Shown piece by piece: positions 59,374-64,000 of a stretch of DNA of 64,000 nucleotides. Under the pieces are notes generated by a model, which was not told the DNA's origin, did not search any database, and saw only the letters and a program-made list of their open reading frames with translations. The position numbers were made by a program, and so were the translations under genes. How positions within the stretch are numbered: position 1 is the stretch's first letter; every line of letters begins with the position of its first letter. The DNA comes from an uncultured Candidatus Rokubacteria bacterium (GTDB taxonomy: Bacteria; Methylomirabilota; Methylomirabilia; Rokubacteriales; DASRDR01): contig CAVPSB010000014.1 of NCBI GenBank assembly GCA_963708025.1, positions 224,001 to 288,000 of the forward strand, written 5' to 3'.

Positions 59374-59532
59374 TACGGCTCCTTCTCCTGCCCCCAGGTT
59401 CGCGTGCCGCCCATCAGCATAGATGATTAGGGAGCCCCCCGACAAGGCGGGCGACGGGGAGTGGCGGCGACGGGGAGTGAGGGCAACGGAGGCCGCCGTA
59501 TCGGGGGACCGGCATCCCGCCTTCGGAGTACA

Positions 59533-60721
59533 ATGACGCGCGGCATGCGCATCCTGGTGCTCGGTACCGGGCTCATGGGGCCGGCGGCGGCGTTCGACGC
59601 CATGGCCGACCCGGACGTCTCGCGGGTCGGCGTGTGCGACGCGAGCGAGCGCCAGCTCGATGCCGGGCTCCGCCGGCTCGCCGGCAAGCCCGGCGCCGAC
59701 AAGCTGGCCCCGGTTCGCCTCGACCTCGCCGACCGGCCGGCGGCGGTGGCCCTCGTTCTCGGGCTTCGACGCGGTCGTCTCCGCGGTCCCGAGCGGCGCC
59801 ACCGCGCTCGCCGTCCGGGCGGCCATCGGGGCGGGGGTGCCGATCGTCACGCTCACCTGGCCCGGCCCGGCCGAGGTCGAGGAGCTCCGGCGAGAGGCCG
59901 GCGCGGCCGGGCGGCTGGTCGTCCTCGGCTGCGGCGTCGAGCCGGGGCTGACGGAGATCCTGGCCCGCCACCTGGCCGAGCGGCTCGACCGCGTCGACGA
60001 GCTCCACATCAAGTGCGGCGGCATCCCCGAGCGGCCCACGGCGCCGCTCGGCTACAAGATCGTCTTCGGGGGCACCCAGCTCCCGCTCCGCGACAGCGAC
60101 GTGCAGACGGTCGAGGACGGTCGGCTCCGGCTCGTTCCCCGGTACTCCGGGGTCGAGCCCGTGTCGTTCCCGGAGGCCGGGGAGTGCGAGGCCTGGCACG
60201 ACGGGTTCCGGCCGTGGCTGCTGGACCTGCCGGCGCTCCGGGGGCTCCGGCTCGGGACCCAGAAGACCGTGCGCTGGCCGGGCTACGCGGCGAAGGCGAC
60301 CGTGCTCAAGGACCTCGGGCTCCTCGCCCAGGAGCCGGTCCTGGTCGACGGCATCGCGGTGGTGCCGAAGCGGGTGGTGGACGCGGTCCTCTACCCCCAC
60401 GTCCGGCTCGGGGACGGCGAGCGGGACCTCACGCTCCTGCGCGTGGAGGCCGTCGGGGAGCGCGCCGGCCGCCGGGACCGCGCCAGCGCGCAGCTGGTGG
60501 ATCGCTACGACGAGCGGACGGGCTTCACCTCGATGGCCCGCACGACCAGCTTCACCGCGGCGATCGTGGCCCGGATGGCGGCCCGCGGTGACATCACGGC
60601 GACGGGCGTGCGGACCCCGGAGCAGCTCGTCACCGGCCCGCTCCTCGATCGGCTGCTGCGGGAGCTGGCCGGTCACGGCGTGCGGATCGAGCTCGGCGCG
60701 GATCGACCCTCCGGAGCCTGA
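59533..60721 (+). CDS. saccharopine/lysine dehydrogenase family (frameshift ~59760)
   Basis: LVLGTGLMG, GCGVEPGL, CGGIP, LGYKIVF, KTVRWPG, SMARTT. Confidence 0.87.
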
Positions 60722-61632
60722 GCAGCGCCAGCGCTCCCGCGGCGCCGGCGGCGGCCAGCGGGAGCCCCAGCGGGAAGCGCTGGCGCTCCCGCGCCTTCCC
60801 CCGCAACGTGCGGAGCACCATGCGGTCGCCGGCCGCGATCTCGCCCCGGCTCGCCAGGAACTGGCGGAGCCGCTCCTGCTGCTCGGCCGGCATCTCCCGG
60901 GTGCCCCACTGGACCTCCTGCTGCACCGCGCGGAGGCGCCCCAGCTCGGCGATTCCACGCTCCATCGCCTCGCGGCTCTCGCCATACGTCGCCCGCTCGC
61001 CGGGAGTGAGGAAGGCGAGCTGGACCGGCGGCGCCAGCGCCTCGAGCCCGTCGAGCCACGGGTGATCCATGCGGGGGAACGCGGCCAGCAGGAGGCCGGC
61101 CAGCCCGACCAGCGCGCAGGTCGCCAGGCCGAGGCCGCCCAGTGCCGCCAGGCCGCGCGCCCGCACGCGGCGGGCAAGGGCGGCGACGCCGAGGCCGCCG
61201 GCCACGGCGGCGAGCACGGCGCCGAACGCCGCGACCACCGTGGCCCCCGTCGGCAGGTCCCAGGCGTACGAGGCGCCGAGGCCGACCAGGCTCACGGCGG
61301 TGCCGAGCGTCCAGCCGATGCCAAGCCGCGCCGCGACCGAGCGGGTGAGGAGCGCGCCGGCCGTGGCGGGGACCACGAGGTAGGAGAAGACGAGAAGGAC
61401 CCCGGCCATCCGGACCGAGCTGGTGACGACCACCCCGAAGGAGACGTAGAAGACGACGTCCCACCAGCCGGCCGCCCGCCGGCTCCCGGCCCCGTCGGGG
61501 TCGAAGGAGATCTCGAGGAGCGGGCGGCGGGCCAGCCAGTGTCCGAGGCCGATCGCCGCGTAGAGCGCCGCCAGCGTCCCGACCTCGGCCGGCGTGACGG
61601 TGAGGATCGAGCCCACCAGGAGCTGCTTGATG
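60630..61632 (-). pseudogene. ZnuB/MntB-type metal ABC permease with C-terminal extension, 5'-truncated
   Basis: IKQLLVGSIL, FYVSFGVVVTSSVRMAGVLLVFSYLVVPA, DLPTGATVV. The N-terminal half is absent. Confidence 0.72.
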
Positions 61633-61855
61633 GGCGACGATCCCCGGTGGCTGGCCTCGCTTGAGCAGGAGCAGACCGCTCGCGGCCCCCAGGCCGATCA
61701 CGATGCCCCAGAACGAGGCCCCCAGGAGGTGCAGCGTCGTGGAAGAGGGTGAGGCCCACCGCGCCGTCCTCGGCGTCGAAGCCAAGGAGGCGGAGAGGCT
61801 CGTCGAGAATCCGGGGGCACGCGTGAGTGCCCGGACGGACGGCGTGCCCATTCAT
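61632..61855 (-). pseudogene. traL: TraL-like (F-type conjugative pilus) remnant, frameshifted and 3'-truncated
   Basis: HACPRILDEPLRLLGF, two TM segments, then LKRGQPPGIVAH, matching the TraL pattern. Confidence 0.55.
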
Positions 61856-62118
61856 CGTCACGGCTTCGTCTCCCCGTTTGGCTCCGAGGTCCGGCCGCGC
61901 AGCCCTTCGCGGAGGAACTGCCCCGTGATCTCGACCGGGGTGAGAGGCCCGCGTGGGGGGCCCTCGGGGCGCAGGTACCGCTCGAGCCCGTCGATGACCG
62001 TGTCCAGCTCGGCCCGGACTCCAGCCGGCATCCACGAAATAGGGCATCGTTCTGGCGATCCGCAGGGCGATGTGCAACACTACCATCTGCTCGCCTGTGC
62101 GAGCGCAGAGAACACGTC

Positions 62119-64000
62119 ATGGACGAAGACGAAGAGCCCTCCATACAGCGCCGCCTCGCCGCCATTCTTGCCGCCGATATCGCGGGCTACAGCCGGCTCA
62201 TGCACGAGGACGAGCCCGCCACCGTGCGCGACCTCAAGGCCCATCAGAGCGTGATCCTGCCGCTGGTCGGCCGGCACGGTGGGCGGATCATCGACACCGC
62301 CGGCGATGGCATCATGGCTGAGTTTCCCAGCGTCATAGGCGCCACCGAGTGTGCGGTCGAGATCCAGACCGTGATGGCCGAGCGCAACCTCCGGGTGCCC
62401 GAGAGTCGCCGCATGCGGTTTCGCATCGGGATCAATCTGGGAGATGTGATCCACGACGAGACCCGGATCTACGGTGACGGCATCAACATCGCGGCGCGGC
62501 TGGAAGCACTGGCTCAGCCGGGTGGCGTGCTCGTTTCCAATACCGTCTACGATCAGGTCCGCGGCAAACTGCCGTTCACCTTCGAGGATGTGGGCGAGCG
62601 GCAGGTCAAGAACATCGAGCAGCCCGTGCGAATGTATCAACTCCACATCCCGGGCGCATCCGCCAAGGCCGTGGCCACGCTCGCCAGACGCCCCACCCTA
62701 ACGGACCGCAGGCGTTGGATCGTGTGGGGCCTGGCGGCGTTCCTGGTTCTCCTCGGGGCGGGAGGAGCTTGGTGGATGGGCCCGCCCTTCCTTCCAAGTC
62801 AGCTAGCAGGCAGAACAGAGGCGCCGCGTCTCTCAATCGTCGTGCTGCCCTTTAGCAACCTGAGTGGCGATCCGAGCCAGGAGTACTTCGCCGATGGCAT
62901 AACTGAAGACCTGACAAGTGATCTGTCGCAAATTGCTGGAAGCTTTGTTATCTCCAGGAACACTGCGTTTACACTCAAGGGCAAGGCCGTCGATGTCCGG
63001 CAGATTGGCCGCGAGTTGGGTGTCCGGTATGTGCTCGAGGGGAGCGTACGCCGCATGGGAGGCACTGTCCGCGTCAACGCGCAGCTCATCGACGCGGGCA
63101 CCGGCGCGCATCTGTGGGCCGAACAGATGGACGTCGACCAAAGCACGCTGGCCCTCCAGGGCAACTTCGGCATCGCGAACCGACTTGCAAGGATGCTCAG
63201 TGTTGAACTCGTCAATGTTGAAGGCCGCCGGGCGCAGCGCGCCGACCCGGATGCGGTGGACCTCACCATGCGTGGCTGGTCGGTCTTGAATGGAGGGCCG
63301 AATAAGGAGGATGTGCAGAGGTCCGTCGGGCTGTTCGAGGATGCTCTTCGAATCGATCCCGAGAATAGTCAAGCCAGGGTCGGGCTCGCTCAAGCCCTCA
63401 CTTCCGTCTACCGCAACCGTTGGGATCCCGAACCTGCCAAGGTGCTGGCCCGTGCCGACGAAGCAGCCACGCGGGCCATCGCCGCCGCGCCCAACTATGC
63501 CCAAGCGCATTACGTGAAGGCCGAGGTTCTCGGATTATCCAATCGGTTTGATGCGGCGCTTGCGGCATACGATAGGGTCATCGCCCTCGATCGTAACCAT
63601 GCAGCGGCATACGTTGGACGGGCGCGGAACTTGAATCTGATTGGTCGGGCAGCGGATGCATTGGCGCCCGTCGAGAAGGCGATACGTCTAAGTCCGCGCG
63701 ATCCTGAGCTGTATGTCTGGTATTTCGTCCTCTGCCACGCGAACACGCACTTGGCGCGCGACGCTCAGGCCATCGAATGGTGCCTCAAGTCGCTTGCGAC
63801 CGGTAAGACGTTCTACTTCGCCTACGTCGATCTCGCCTCTGCGTACGCCTGGCGGGGGCAGAACGCAGAGGCGGCGGCCGCGGTCGCGGAGCTCCTGAAG
63901 CTGAGGCCAGGGTTCACGGTGCAGACACTGGTGCAGGAAGGAGCAGGAACTTCCGACAATCCAGCCTTCCGCAAGGAATTCCAACGGATTGTTGAGGGAG
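62119..64000 (+). CDS. class III adenylate/guanylate cyclase with TM segment, TolB-like domain and TPR repeats; runs off the window
   Basis: Not in the ORF track. Manual translation: MDEDEEPSIQRRLAAILAADIAGYSRLM...TAGDG...FRIGINLGDV...GDGINIAARLE...SIVVLPFSNLSGDPSQEYFADGITEDL...YVLEGSVRR, then TPRs. Confidence 0.92.
   Translation, partial: MDEDEEPSIQRRLAAILAADIAGYSRLMHEDEPATVRDLKAHQSVILPLVGRHGGRIIDTAGDGIMAEFPSVIGATECAVEIQTVMAERNLRVPESRRMRFRIGINLGDVIHDETRIYGDGINIAARLEALAQPGGVLVSNTVYDQVRGKLPFTFEDVGERQVKNIEQPVRMYQLHIPGASAKAVATLARRPTLTDRRRWIVWGLAAFLVLLGAGGAWWMGPPFLPSQLAGRTEAPRLSIVVLPFSNLSGDPSQEYFADGITEDLTSDLSQIAGSFVISRNTAFTLKGKAVDVRQIGRELGVRYVLEGSVRRMGGTVRVNAQLIDAGTGAHLWAEQMDVDQSTLALQGNFGIANRLARMLSVELVNVEGRRAQRADPDAVDLTMRGWSVLNGGPNKEDVQRSVGLFEDALRIDPENSQARVGLAQALTSVYRNRWDPEPAKVLARADEAATRAIAAAPNYAQAHYVKAEVLGLSNRFDAALAAYDRVIALDRNHAAAYVGRARNLNLIGRAADALAPVEKAIRLSPRDPELYVWYFVLCHANTHLARDAQAIEWCLKSLATGKTFYFAYVDLASAYAWRGQNAEAAAAVAELLKLRPGFTVQTLVQEGAGTSDNPAFRKEFQRIVEG

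Overview
Very GC-rich bacterial DNA, densely packed with catabolic and transport genes. The gene repertoire and C/G-tract palindromic repeats resemble Candidatus Rokubacteria or similar soil lineages, but that is inference only. About 15 genes carry single-base frameshifts that look like long-read indel errors, worst at ~16.45-17.6 kb. Contents: four Dpp/Opp-type cassettes (binding protein plus two permeases, none with ATPase genes); several peptidases (two M24, M1, M29-like); two class III aminotransferases; an ECF sigma/anti-sigma/Spy/HEAT operon; an amide-catabolic cluster with a fused alpha+beta N,N-dimethylformamidase-like gene; three stand-alone type II TA modules; a DUF222-HNH gene; an orphan IorB-like molybdoenzyme subunit; and, at the right end, a TraL-like remnant truncating a metal ABC permease next to a lower-GC adenylate cyclase-TPR gene. 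Signals missed by the ORF track: (1) a UGA-recoded selenoprotein (RHLG-U-LPC) with a SECIS-like hairpin, coupled to a lytic transglycosylase gene; (2) the 5' half of a tRNA-Ser, broken at the anticodon loop, 4 bp from the DUF222-HNH stop codon; (3) a ~275 bp nested-hairpin element with terminal inverted repeats; (4) two families of REP-like palindromes, some supplying a stop codon or ribosome-binding site. No CRISPR array, rRNA or intact tRNA was seen.
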